DNA of 64,000 bases from Neodothiora populina. Taxonomy: Eukaryota. Made by a program: the position numbers and the translations under genes. Under the pieces are notes generated by a model. The model was given only the letters and a program-made list of their open reading frames with translations, made no database searches and was not told the origin of the DNA. Below are positions 1-11,397 of this stretch, piece by piece. Within the stretch, counting starts at the first letter, position 1. Every line of letters starts with the position of its first letter. The DNA is taken from the NCBI RefSeq assembly GCF_041146345.1, contig NW_027191406.1, positions 1-64,000 of the forward strand, written 5' to 3'.

Positions 1-113
1 CCTAACCCTAACCCTAACCCTAACCCTAACCCTAACCCTAACCCTAACCCTAACCCTAACCCTAACCCTAACCCTAACCCTAACCCTAACCCTAACCCTA
101 ACCCTAACCCTAA
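1..113. repeat. Telomere, (CCCTAA)n
   Basis: Uninterrupted CCCTAA hexamers from base 1 to 113; canonical TTAGGG telomere of filamentous ascomycetes. Confidence 0.99.
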
Positions 114-1175
114 TACGAGTTGTAAATAAGGCGACTATCGGATGGGCTAAGACATGCTCGGTCCTATCTGCGGAGCTATAAGCGATAAAGATAGTGTTAA
201 ATCATATCCTCACCTTACACGGTCCGAACCGTAAGTATGTAATTGCTATAGACAGCTAAGAAGTACTTTAAGCTATAGTAAAGGGCAACGGTACTAAGCG
301 AGGTAGGGAAGCACTTTAAGGCACCCTTTAAACGCTTCGAGACGCTAAACAGAGTGGACTTAACGTGACCTTTGTCTAAGTACTAGCACATATAGGAAAT
401 GCAGGAAACGAATGTGCTTACTAAACTGCTTAAACTACTATAGAGACAGGCACAAAACCATTTAAGAACTTTAACGTCCGAATTAGGGAGAGCAAGGTAG
501 TTTAAACACTCCTTATTAAGGACCTTATAAAACAAAGGCATTTAGAAGCCTAGACACTAAGAACAAACAGATAGGGTCAATATACATAGAAGCTAAATGC
601 AGCTCTCTTAAGCAAGTACACGCTTAAGCTCTACGGAGCGCTAAACTTTAAGTAAGCGGATATTCTTGTACAAGTAAGAACGAACTATACTTATCTCCGA
701 TCCTATTTAGTAAAGATCGGAGTCGAGGAAAGTAGTAAATGCAAATGCAAGCAGAAAGACAAGACAGTAGCTTACGTGCTTCTCCGGTGCTAGCGCTAAA
801 TAAGTATATAAGCAGAACTTAAGCAAATAGCAAAGAACAGATAAGGTAACTTGTCCTTTCTACTAGGAGGGTATAGTAAGAAAAGAGAACTGCACATAAA
901 TCAGCTAGTAGATGGCCCGCTTGAGTAGTAGAGACTGAATTTGAAAATAATAAAAGCGACAGTCCGGTTTCTTTAATAGACAACTAGGATGGCAGCTATC
1001 TCTTTACGGCAACAGGAGGGTAGCGATTAAGGAACAAGGGGCGTTAGGGTTCTTCTTTTATTATCCGTAAGGCTAAGTAACAGACAAGAAAACGAGGGAA
1101 CAACATTAGACAGCTCATACGGACGATAAGACCGTGAATAGCTTGATAGACTAATTAATCAATCAATCAATCAAT
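114..1175 (+). mobile_element. 5'-truncated, RIP-mutated non-LTR (LINE, Tad-like) retrotransposon: RNase H, C-terminal zinc knuckle, 3' UTR and (TCAA)n tail
   Basis: Manual translation from 131 gives RNase H motifs ATIGWAKTCSVLSAEL*AI...IDS*EVL*AI...TFV*VLAHIGNAGNECA. Later come LYGALNFK*ADILVQVRTNYTYLRSYLVKIGVEESSKCKCKQKDKTVAYVLLRC*R* (degraded zinc knuckle) and NLSFLLGG. Stops sit where Q or W is expected (CAA/TGG to TAA/TAG) and TpA is abundant, typical of RIP. Ends in AATC repeats. Confidence 0.9.
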
Positions 1176-1297
1176 ACTGGGTAGGCAAGAAAACGAGGGA
1201 ACGACATTAGACAGCTCATACGGACGACAAGACCGTGAATAGCTTGATAGATCAATCAATCAATCAATCAATCAATACTGGGTAGAATACTAGGTAG
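1082..1297 (+). repeat. Tandem ~101-bp duplication of the LINE 3' end, each copy with a (TCAA)n tail followed by AATACTGGGTAG
   Basis: Copy 1 ~1082-1184 and copy 2 ~1183-1285 differ mainly by C/T and G/A transitions; a third variant AATACTAGGTAG lies at 1286-1297. Confidence 0.93.
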
Positions 1298-1640
1298 GTT
1301 AAAGACCAGGTCAAAGGGCGGATAGAAGCTAGCGGAATCATTTTCTACACATAAATTGATGTTCGTGCAATGAGGCACCCTCCCCAGTATTTGACGATGA
1401 GCTAGCGTCATCTAAAGCATCCGATCTATTCGAATTTCAGCACGAACATCGATCCACAAAAAGCCGTTCTCATCGCACTGCTTTGTCTTTCGTCTTTTAA
1501 TGATCCTTTTGGAATGACTCCTTCGATCTCGACTTACATCCATTCAATTGCTGCTGGCCCTCGTCTCACAAAGGGAGCTCGATCTCGAAGATCAGGCTTG
1601 CCATAGAACCAAACGCGTCTAAAGATACGGGTCTGAGCTC

Positions 1641-2186
1641 TTGTCAAAGTCCTTAATCATGATAACAAGGCTGTATTGCCCTGTGATCCTGCTCTTCGCC
1701 TGCTTGCCACGTCTTCATATCCTTTGGCGCAGCAAATCTCGAGATGAGTATGCGACTACAGGCTTCGACTGGCTCGTCGCCCTTTGTACAGTTGTCTACT
1801 TTCTTATCGAGATGTTCCGATTAGAGCAAGGCACCACCTTCGGCGGAGTAAGGGACGACGATATTTCGAGCACTGCAATTGTTTCTTATGACATATCAGC
1901 CTTACTCAAACAAATTGTTAATGATGTACTAAGTGCCACGACACTGTTCACATTCTTGACTCATCGAAAGGCAGCTATTGAAGTTATAGCTATAGCTGCT
2001 GTTTCGAGATTATCGTGGGACTTTAAGGACATCCATAGTGTCTGGCATCCTTGGGCTCCCATCTTCGCTGGCTGCTTCACTGCTGGCGCCCAGCTCTACA
2101 TGATAGAGCGGACTAGAAGGTCTCAAGTAGATCTGGAGTGTTGGATCGTTGCATTCGCAAGTACTTGGATCGCTATCTTAGCATGA
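1641..2186 (+). CDS. Hypothetical multi-pass membrane protein (start uncertain; first in-frame ATG 1659)
   Basis: 181-codon open frame with several hydrophobic segments; weak resemblance to PQ-loop/ERD2-like motifs (LPRLHIL, GAQLYMIERT). Confidence 0.35.
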   Translation: MSKSLIMITRLYCPVILLFACLPRLHILWRSKSRDEYATTGFDWLVALCTVVYFLIEMFRLEQGTTFGGVRDDDISSTAIVSYDISALLKQIVNDVLSATTLFTFLTHRKAAIEVIAIAAVSRLSWDFKDIHSVWHPWAPIFAGCFTAGAQLYMIERTRRSQVDLECWIVAFASTWIAILA

Positions 2187-3204
2187 ATACCAAAGTATCG
2201 GAGTAAATTTAACTGTTCACAGTCTACGGCCGCTGAACTTGACGATCAATTGGATAAAGCATCAAAATATTGTTCTTTAAGTAGTCACTTCGCCATTCAT
2301 TGACTTCAAGGTCATCTACTAGTTCGTTGATTGAGCGCTTCTTTGGGCATTGTTTTGTGGCAATGATATCTCTACCATACGATCATCTATATCCCTAGGA
2401 TGCTGTAGGTGCAGTTTGCTCTGTTTCGAGATGGCATTTCAGACTGTAGCGTCTCGAGATAGAGGACCTATGCGTTGACCATCGAAACACAATGTGAAAA
2501 TTTATATAGCAGTGTAGGTCGTCTTGATCTCGTTGAACTGGACCAAAGTGATGCACAACGTTCATGTGGAGATAAAAAGAGTCAAGAAAATGCAATATGC
2601 TGGTCAAAAACATCGGACATGGTCGTTGAATCATGCTTTTAGCCAAACAATCACGGCCCGCATTGGACTGTACAGCACCATTGCTTATACGTTTAGATGC
2701 TGATAGCCTAGCTGATGGTGATGTCTTGCGGCCCAAACGCGTGAACTAGACAGCTAAACATCTGGTGTAGTACTGTAATCACAAACCCTGTACATCATTG
2801 TAGCCGCGCACTTCTACTAGTGTGAAGTTCAAGGTCGACCGGCATTGATTTGCTACCATCGTCCGACCTCGGCACGCTGTTCCACTTCGAATCATTACGC
2901 AAAGCACTTTCAAGCAATATCCTTTGGACAGCTACACTGTCTGGCGACTGTACAGTACGCGTACAAGGTCGAAGTCGAGGTTTCTCAGCCATTCCCAGAA
3001 ACTCATTTAAAATAATTATGGATTACTTGACATGATGATACAATAGACAAAAAGATTGAAAATTATCCTGAGCATATACGAGTGTATGGTCTGTAGCGAG
3101 CTTCCAGTCGTCAGCCACTCGAACATGTTACTCATCCGACGTTGACATCCCAGTATGTACTGATGCGACTGCTTTATGGCTCAGCGAGATCCAGCAAGAC
3201 TCGA

Positions 3205-6200
3205 CTAATACGGTCGTGGATTAGGAAGCTCTTCTGTTTTTTCTCGTTCAGTAGAGCCAGCCGAATTAGGTGCGGTGTTGCCAGCTGACTTTGCCTTTTC
3301 TGCAACCTTGTTGACAGACTTCTTCTTGAAACTCAATTTCTTGAGATCTGCAACGCGGAAGATGTAATAGAGAAAGACGGCGGCTGCAATATTAAATGCA
3401 ATATACGCCCACATGATACCGTAGTTGCGCCACCGGTCGGCCCAGAGAATACCAACACTGGCGAGGAATTGATCAGATGTAGTCAAAGAGCAGACCTCAC
3501 ATCCAGTCGTGGCCTGGGGGTTCCCGAGCTGTGCTCCGGACGTAGCGAGATAGTCGGCAAGATATTCTCCGCATGTCTGACCACTTGGAGGGTCGAAGAT
3601 GGACGTTTCTCTGGCAGAGCATGTCACTTGCTGGCCATGCAATTGTGTAGCTGCGATACCGGACACCCAGTAAGTAAATGGCGAGACTCGGTACATGAAG
3701 ATCCAGAAGCCAGGAAGTGCAGCAGGGGCCTGGAACACGCCGTTGAACGACAGAGATAATGAAAACAGCAACGTGACAATGCTTGCAGCAGTTTCTGCGT
3801 CCGGCAAGGCCGCAATGCACATCTGTCCAAACGTGCTGGCGTACACGAAGAATTGAATCATGTAGAGTAGAACCAATCCTTGGCGAATTGATGACTGGAT
3901 GCCGTTGACTGCATAGTAATAGGATCCGAAAACAAGGATACCCAGAATGATCTGGTATGGTATCTCAACAACGATGTTGGCGATGATGAATGCTTTCCAA
4001 CTGTATGCTTTACTTGGGCGTTCACGAACTTCATATAGAGCTCGCTGGGTAACGAAGAGCGGCATGACCTGGTAAAAGTCAGTGTAAGAAGCTGGGAAGC
4101 TTGCCAGAGAGACTCACTTGTTGAACAAGGGTGGAAAAGATAGTTGACACCATAAAGACGGAGAATATAACGTTTTGCAGGCCTTGTAGGGATGTGTTGG
4201 AGTTCCAAAAGGAAAAGCCAATAAACAGGCCGGACATAATACCGAGAAGCCACTTCGCCCAGATGTAGGCAGGCATCCTCCAGTACTGCTGGAATGCTCG
4301 GCGCGTGACAGCCGAGACTTGGGTAACGAAGGGCATAGCAAATTCCTGGTGCGATTCTGGCTCGTCATCGCCATCTGCGGGTTCATTCTGCTTATCGGCG
4401 TGGATCTTTTCGAGCTCCTTCTTGACTTGTTGCGAATTATCACTCGACAGCCAAACTTCATGCCAATCAGGTCCTTCGCCGCTCGAGCTTGCGTTAACTA
4501 CCTCCAGCATGTATTCCGCAGGGTTCTCTTCATCATCACACTTTCGCGCGCCGTTAGACTCGAAGTAGTCAAGGAGCGTTCTCGAATTTTCGCCAATCGG
4601 CCCAAAGTAAACAGTCTTGCCGCCTCTTGCAAGGAACAGCAGGCGATCGAACTCCTGAAAAAGAATTGCGCTAGGCTGGTGGATTGTGCAGAGGACAGCT
4701 TGACCCGCATCGGCAAGTTTTCGCAAGAAGGCACATATAGCCCACGAACTTTGAGAATCGAGGCCACTGTCATGTGTAAGTACCGTCACAAAATTCAAGG
4801 CGCGATTACAACTCACCTAGTAGGTTCATCCAAGAAGAGTAACAGTTTTGGCTTAGCTGCAAGTTCGACACCAATAGTCAAGAGCTTGCGCTGTTCGACA
4901 TTGAGGCCCTGGCCAGGGACACCGACCACCGCCTCTGCAAAGTCTTCCATATTGAGCATCTTGATGACCTCTTCGACGAAGGCGTACTTCTCCTTTATCG
5001 GGACTGATTTCGGCTGTCTCAAAAGCGCGCTGAAACGAAGACTTTCACGAACGGTAGCAGTGTCTAGATGCAGATCTACAATAATGGTGTCAGCTAGATC
5101 CCGAATTCCGTTGAAAATCATACCTTGCTGCTGAACATAACCTGTTTTCCTTTGGAAACTAGCGTCGAAAGGCTTGCCATTGACAAACATATCGCCTGTG
5201 ATCACACCCATAGTCGTACGTTGGGCGAGTACGTCCAGTAACGTAGTTTTTCCTGCACCACTGACACCCATAAGAGCAGTGAGGGTTCCTGGTTTGACCC
5301 ATCCTGAGACATGATTCAACAGGCGGCGCTGCTCACTCTTGATCTCGATATCGTACACTACGTTCTGCCATGTAAAGATGTCTTGCTGAGGAGGGATGGC
5401 GTCGACGTGATCTGAGCCCTCGTCGTCCTGGCTTGAGACTTGCATCTTGGTCTGTTCGTGATCATCATCGCCGTGACTCTCTATCAAATGTGCTGGTACA
5501 TGGCCTCTTCGGAAAACAAGCACCTCTGCGGTACTTGCAGTCGATGAATTGATTTCAGTGGCAAAGAAGTAAATTGCCATGAAGCCAAAGAGGCAGCCCA
5601 TCAGAATGCCAAAGTTCCTCCATACATGGGAGAATGAGTATCCATAAGCAGTAGAAAGATAGCTATCGCCATTGACAGTAATTCGGCCTGCGACTGCGCC
5701 TGTTGCGCTGCAGATCCAAGAATCACCTTGAGATGGGCTGTAATCCGGGATTCGGGCAGAACAGATCAACTCTTGCCCATGGTACTGGTTGGCAAGCAAG
5801 ATCTCGAAAGCATAATAGATAGGATCTGGTTAAAGTGATAATTAGTATAGGATCATAGGTTGGAATAAAGTATACTTACTGATCCACCTGATCCATGCGA
5901 ACCAAGGATGCATATTCGGCACGGGCAACACATAGCCAGTATATATTACTAGCGCAAGAACGACCACACCAGCCAGAGTCATAGCTTGCGAAACAGTCTT
6001 GGTGACTGCACCCATGGTTCTGAAAACAGCACTCATAACGAACATGGTTATGAATACTATCAAAAAATAAAGAAAGAATTGACCGGCAGTGCGCTGAAGG
6101 CCTACCATGAAATAGAGGATGATATTGAAAGCCACAGCTATGGTGAACTTGATCGGTATGTCGCTAATGACTCCAGCAATAGCCTCTGTGGCAGGATGGT

Positions 6201-8063
6201 AAAATGCGTAAGAGGCCTGCTTCTCGACAATTGGTCGTTGAGAGTACAAGGCATTAATTTCTGAGATGGCAATGAGAGCGTTGAGGAGTACAGCGAAGAA
6301 CAGAGCGCCTCCGAGTGATTGAATGTATTGAGTGGCAGGCAGAGAGCCATAGAAAAGTGAACCGACGATAAGAGCCATGACGATTTGTGCGAAGATTGTT
6401 GTCAATGTGGAGGACTTATCCATCCAGATTCTCTGATACGCTCGTTTTGTGTTGAGCTTGATCTGCATCGGAATACTGATGAGGTACGGGGATTTCTGTC
6501 TGGTGTATCCAGCCTGGACTAAATGCTTGTGTTCTTGCATACTGTGAGCAGCATCACCACCGGATGGAAACTTTCGTTCGTGAGTTTCGATAGAGTCCAG
6601 TAATGCCTTGTATTCTGGTGATTTTCGCCAATAGGTTTCGAACTCCTCAACAGATCTCGGAACTTTGTTCTCCATTCCGTCACGTGGTTTGCGTTCCGAT
6701 GCATTCGTGATGGAAGTCAGAAAGTCTCCCGTCGTTTGTCGAGGTGGACAATACCATCCTTGGTCCTCGAAAAACTTTTTGGCTTTGCTAGCTGGACCAT
6801 AGTAAATCTGTCGTCCTTCATATAAGAGTATAGTCTTGTCAAAGATGTCGTAGATAGCTTGACTGGCTTGGTAAATTGCGACAGCGTGAGACGATCCAGC
6901 CAGGTTTGCTAGAAGCCGGAGTGACTGCACAAATTTGAGTGCAGTAGCCGAGTCTAGTCCTCGAGTAGAGTTGTCCCAAGCAGCCAAAGGCGAAGCAGTA
7001 ACAGCCATCTCCGCGATACTGACCCGCTTGCGCTCACCTCCTGAGACGCCGCGGACATAGTCATTTCCGACCTTGGTATTATATGTATGGCTCAGTCCGA
7101 ATACGGCCATGATGACCTGAGCTACATGCTTAGCGTGTTCATTGCGAGACATGTTCTTGATACGGATCGAAGGGGTACGCGCTGAGGCAGCAAATTCAAG
7201 AGTTTGGCCAACGGTGAGGTGCGGAAAATGTTTGTCGACCTTGGGAATGGTCAGCACGTGAAATATAAGGCGAGGAATGCAGTTCATCTAACCTCTTGAT
7301 TGTAGACAACTTCACCTTTGAACTCTCTTATCATCTGCTTCTGGGGGATACCATTGTAATGAAGGGTAGAATCGGGATCCAGACTCAGTCCGTGCAGCTC
7401 TCCGCAGATTGTCTTCAGGAAAGTGCTGCAACCAGAACCTGGACGTCCAAGCACAATCAAGAGCTCACCACTGCCCAAGAATCCATCGAATTTGCTCAAT
7501 ATCTTCTTGTGCGGCCGCGACTTGAAGCTCAAGTTCCGAAACGGTTCCAGCAGCATCGAAAAGACAGTTTGTTGGAGTTGTAGGGCGGCACCAGAGCCAC
7601 TAACCGATAATTGCTTGAAGACCACACCGGATCGCACAGCGCGAAGACCCTCTTGATCAAACTCATGGATAAACCTGCGAGCCCACTTGTAGAGGTCGAA
7701 CTGCTTGTTCGTCGGGTCCAGAGCAGGAACGCCTTCGGGAAGTGCTAGAGTGTCTGATTTATGCAAGCTGCGATCCTGAGTTGCGATCTTTTTCAATTCA
7801 TCCATATCAGCTCCGGCCAACGAAGAGCTTCTGTTACCGGAAGAGGATCCATGGTCCATTGAATCCGCCAGGGTCTGATTTGCGCTGGATGGGGTGGCTG
7901 TAATGGGGTCATCTTGCGAGTATGACGACGGCTCGACCGGTTCTTTGACATTGTGTCCGAATTCCTCGATCTGTGCATTTCTGGTCACATTGTTTATGAT
8001 ACCGTCAGGCGCATACGTGAGGCGACCTGATGCAGTCTGCACTATACCCTCACTTTCGCTCAT
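3205..8063 (-). CDS. Full-size ABCG/PDR-type multidrug ABC transporter (6 exons)
   Basis: NBD1 motifs [22 protein letters not shown] and [12 protein letters not shown]2 motifs [16 protein letters not shown] and LFLDEPT-SGLD; two TM domains with the WRNFGI loop. Five GT-AG introns (~7240-7292, ~5827-5878, 5076-5123, ~4768-4816, ~4069-4117) join the ORF pieces. Confidence 0.97.
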
Positions 8064-9921
8064 CGCAAAAGGGGAAGCTTTGCAGTCCTGGTGAATTGAT
8101 ACGACTGTTAGAGACTCGATGGGAAATCAAGCAGAAATTGCTACGTCCACGTAGAGGTATGCACACTCAATACATTTTGAACAGAGCCCGCGCACTGTGG
8201 CAAAGGAGTTTGCTAGATTTTCGAGAGTCGTGACAAACAAAAGAGCACGGAGGACCCAGTCTATCTAGCTAATGATATATCTCCGTGGCATCGATTGTAC
8301 TCTTTCAACGTTTTTTGACACGAACCAATATTCGAGAAAGGATGAGGTAAGACACATGTGGTCCTCCAAACCTTACACTGTGGATGCAGTCATCACGTCA
8401 CTATCCAGAACTTTGAGATGCCCTACCTCAGCTTTATTTCCACCTTACCTTACCTGGATCATTTAGCTTTACCTCTAAATCACGGCGGTTCATCCTTCCC
8501 CGGAACGGGACTGTGACCTACGCGTCCTAGAACTTGGAGTATCTGGTTTTAGTTGCGCTTCACTCTTTGTATACAATGTTGAGAAATACAGTTGTGTTGC
8601 TGGAATGGGGAACTTTACAGTCTTCCACTACATTTTGCATGGATTAATCGCCAGACTAAACGGGCGGCGGGACGACAATGACTCCGGTGCTGCGAATTGC
8701 ATACCTGCACTTCCATTATGCAGCAAAGTTGCAAGACTGACAGGGGTCGAGTACTCGTTACGTGTCATGGCAGTCGAGTAGCTCAGGTCTCCAGGTTTCC
8801 CCACAATAGAGTTCACGAGATGCCGTTGACCAAGTCAGAATGGCTTTCAGCCACCTTATAAACTTCCTGATGTTTGTCGAAGCAAAACAAAACATTTATC
8901 ATAGCCGTGCCAAGGTTCCTTCCAAAAGGGGTAATCCTTTTTCCCAGCAACCAGAATAAGTGCTCCCCAAATGGGATTTCCTATTTGGGAGTTTACCTTG
9001 GCCCGGCTACACAAAGGAGTTAGTTCTTGTTGATTGATAGCTGGCATGTCGAATTGCCGAGTTGGTTCTTTCCCTTTAAGCACCTCTGGCAACTGGAACT
9101 TCTCCATAGCTACTATACCTACAGAGGCAATATCGTGTTTAGTATCAACCCCGACTCGGGGGACAAATCTCCAGATCGGGTCAACAAGAAAGCCTTCGAG
9201 ATCTTGTGGTCCTCTAGCTTAGGTGTAATGCTAGGTTGTCTTGCGCTGCTAAGACATTGCTGTAGCCGTAAAGTCATTCGTCACTTGTCGTAGCTATCGT
9301 AGCCATCTGTCTCGGTGGCAAATAGGTATTTTGACAAGTCAAGAGTGTGCCGTAGTTTAGATAGATGTAGACAAATTCACGCCGAATATGCTCATAAGGA
9401 AAACGCTCGGGATATTCGATTTGAAAGCGAGACTCTCATGCGATAGAATTGTAGGCGAACTTGCGCAAGTAACAGCATTGCTGCACGGCTCAATCCTCCT
9501 GGCTATTCAATTCCTTTCGAGTCTAAAACGAGCGACGCCAATGAGCGAAAGCAACGCGATACTTTTGCGATCTTGACTTGGCAAACATGCTTACTCTCAA
9601 TACAAGTATCGTACGGTGCTTTGCCAACGTTTGCCAAGGACAAACTTTGTCTTCAGCGTCCTGAGACTTTTCTGACATCAGCACACCTCACTGTACAATT
9701 AGGTATGAGGATCACGTCAGCTCAATGAACTCCAAGGTGGCTTTTTTTATGTTATCGATAAAAGGGGCCATAGGCGCGGGATAAATTCGCTTTGCGTTGC
9801 ACCTTTGCGCATTACTTACACAGAGAAGCTTGGCGCATTTGCCGTTTACTGAACAAGACACTAAGCTGTGGACTTTTGCCATGGACTTGGCTATTTTCAG
9901 CTCATAAGGGGTGGTGTGTAG

Positions 9922-10682
9922 TGTTAAGGATTGGTTGTGAGGCTACGTAATAGTCTCTCCTGGGTTGGACTCGTGAAGAGGAGTATCAAGGTACACGTGA
10001 AGAGGTAATTCCAATCGCTGGTAACGAATATGAAATTGAACACAATGTTCCTGTAATAGCATAGGTGCTTTACAGCATAGGTGACCCGTGCTTTGGGTCG
10101 CTAAATAGGGGTCTAGATGCCTTAGGCGTCGACCCTTTTGTCCGAACCCCGCTTACAGTACCGCATGCTTGTAGCATGCGGGCCGTATGCGCGGTATTCA
10201 CTATATGAGAGGGGTGTCCCCTCATTGCCTATTGAAGGCAACGATTAGTCTTGATCTTATAGGACATCTATTCCTATAGGAGGACCATACGTTGCTACAC
10301 TTAGTTATTCCGTTACAGTAATAGTCTCTCCTAAGTTGGACTTATGAAGAAGAGTATTAAGGTACACGTGAAGAGGTAATTCCAATCGCTGGTAACGAAT
10401 ATGAAATTGAACACAATGTTCCATAGGGGAACATTGTTTACTGCTATATACTTTACGGTATCGTAAGTGAGTGTTTGTAGTGTGGTGACTGCTTAGTGGT
10501 GATCAGTTTGATTAGTGCGACTGAGCAGTACTAATCACTGAGCGAGTAAGTTGCTTAGTGCTAAGTATAGCTCCTGGTCACGTAAGTCGTGGTCTTGCTC
10601 AGTAGTGCCAAGCTTCAGGTGTCACTGAGCGCTTGGTCCGTGCTGGTCACGTGACGTCCCCGTGATCATAGTGATCGTAACA
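9922..10682 (-). mobile_element. Solo LTR (outer), interrupted by a nested element
   Basis: Termini TGTTA...TAACA; 5-bp target-site duplication TGTAG at 9917-9921 and 10683-10687; CACGTGAC motifs and a TATA-like tract; no coding sequence. Confidence 0.85.
10052..10317. mobile_element. Nested 266-bp solo LTR (inner)
   Basis: Termini TGTAATAG...CCGTTACA match an 8-bp inverted repeat TGTAACGG with two RIP-type transitions; flanked by 105-bp direct repeats 9947-10051 and 10318-10422. Confidence 0.75.
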
Positions 10683-11397
10683 TGTAGAAGCATTGGCAAC
10701 CCCGGATTCGAGGATTAGGCCCCGTCTGAAGTAGTAACCTTTGGTATACTACTACTGTAGGCGGGCGCTCTCACGAGTCGAACTGTGACTCTACAAGCAT
10801 ACTCACATTTCATGAGCATCCCTCATTCCAAAACCCTTGTGGGTGCAACTCTACCGCACAATGTCTGCACATTACTTGAACAGTGCATCACTCCTGCTCC
10901 GGAGTCCACTACTCTTAATGAGAACGCTGGACACGAAACCGTTGTTTTTCTTGAAGTTCTATTTTTAGGCAACCACCTCATTATCAGAAGCCGTCTCCAC
11001 GATTCAATGGCTGTATCACGAACAGCGAGATGTTATGGTTCATGGTTAATTTGATCAATTTCTTGAAGTTTCCTTGTTGTTCTATAGTGCGGAAAGGTGG
11101 TTGCCAAATGGTGAGCCCGTTCAGCGAACGACTTTGTAATAAAACCGTTTGACATCAGCCCGCCATAACCCCCATCTATCGTATAAGCAAGCAATATGCT
11201 TTAACGCTTTCTATATGTTCACACCCAACAGCCAACCACAGGAGAAGCTCGCAATCTTATCGTATGCAACGATGACTAGCTCTCCTGAAAAGTCCTTGGG
11301 CTGCATCCTGCATAAAAGAAATGGGTTCGTCCTGCAGGTTGCGTCGCTGAACACACGCTGCAAACCAGGATACACATGATTGAGAGGTCAGCCCATA

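Noticed and set aside
8481..8510. CGG...CCG motif upstream of the PDR gene as an AtrR/Pdr1-type element
   Set aside because: Spacing is N11/N14, it is a single occurrence, and it could easily arise by chance.
8856..9215. Roughly 120-codon minus-strand open stretch upstream of the PDR gene
   Set aside because: No convincing start, splice structure or family motif.
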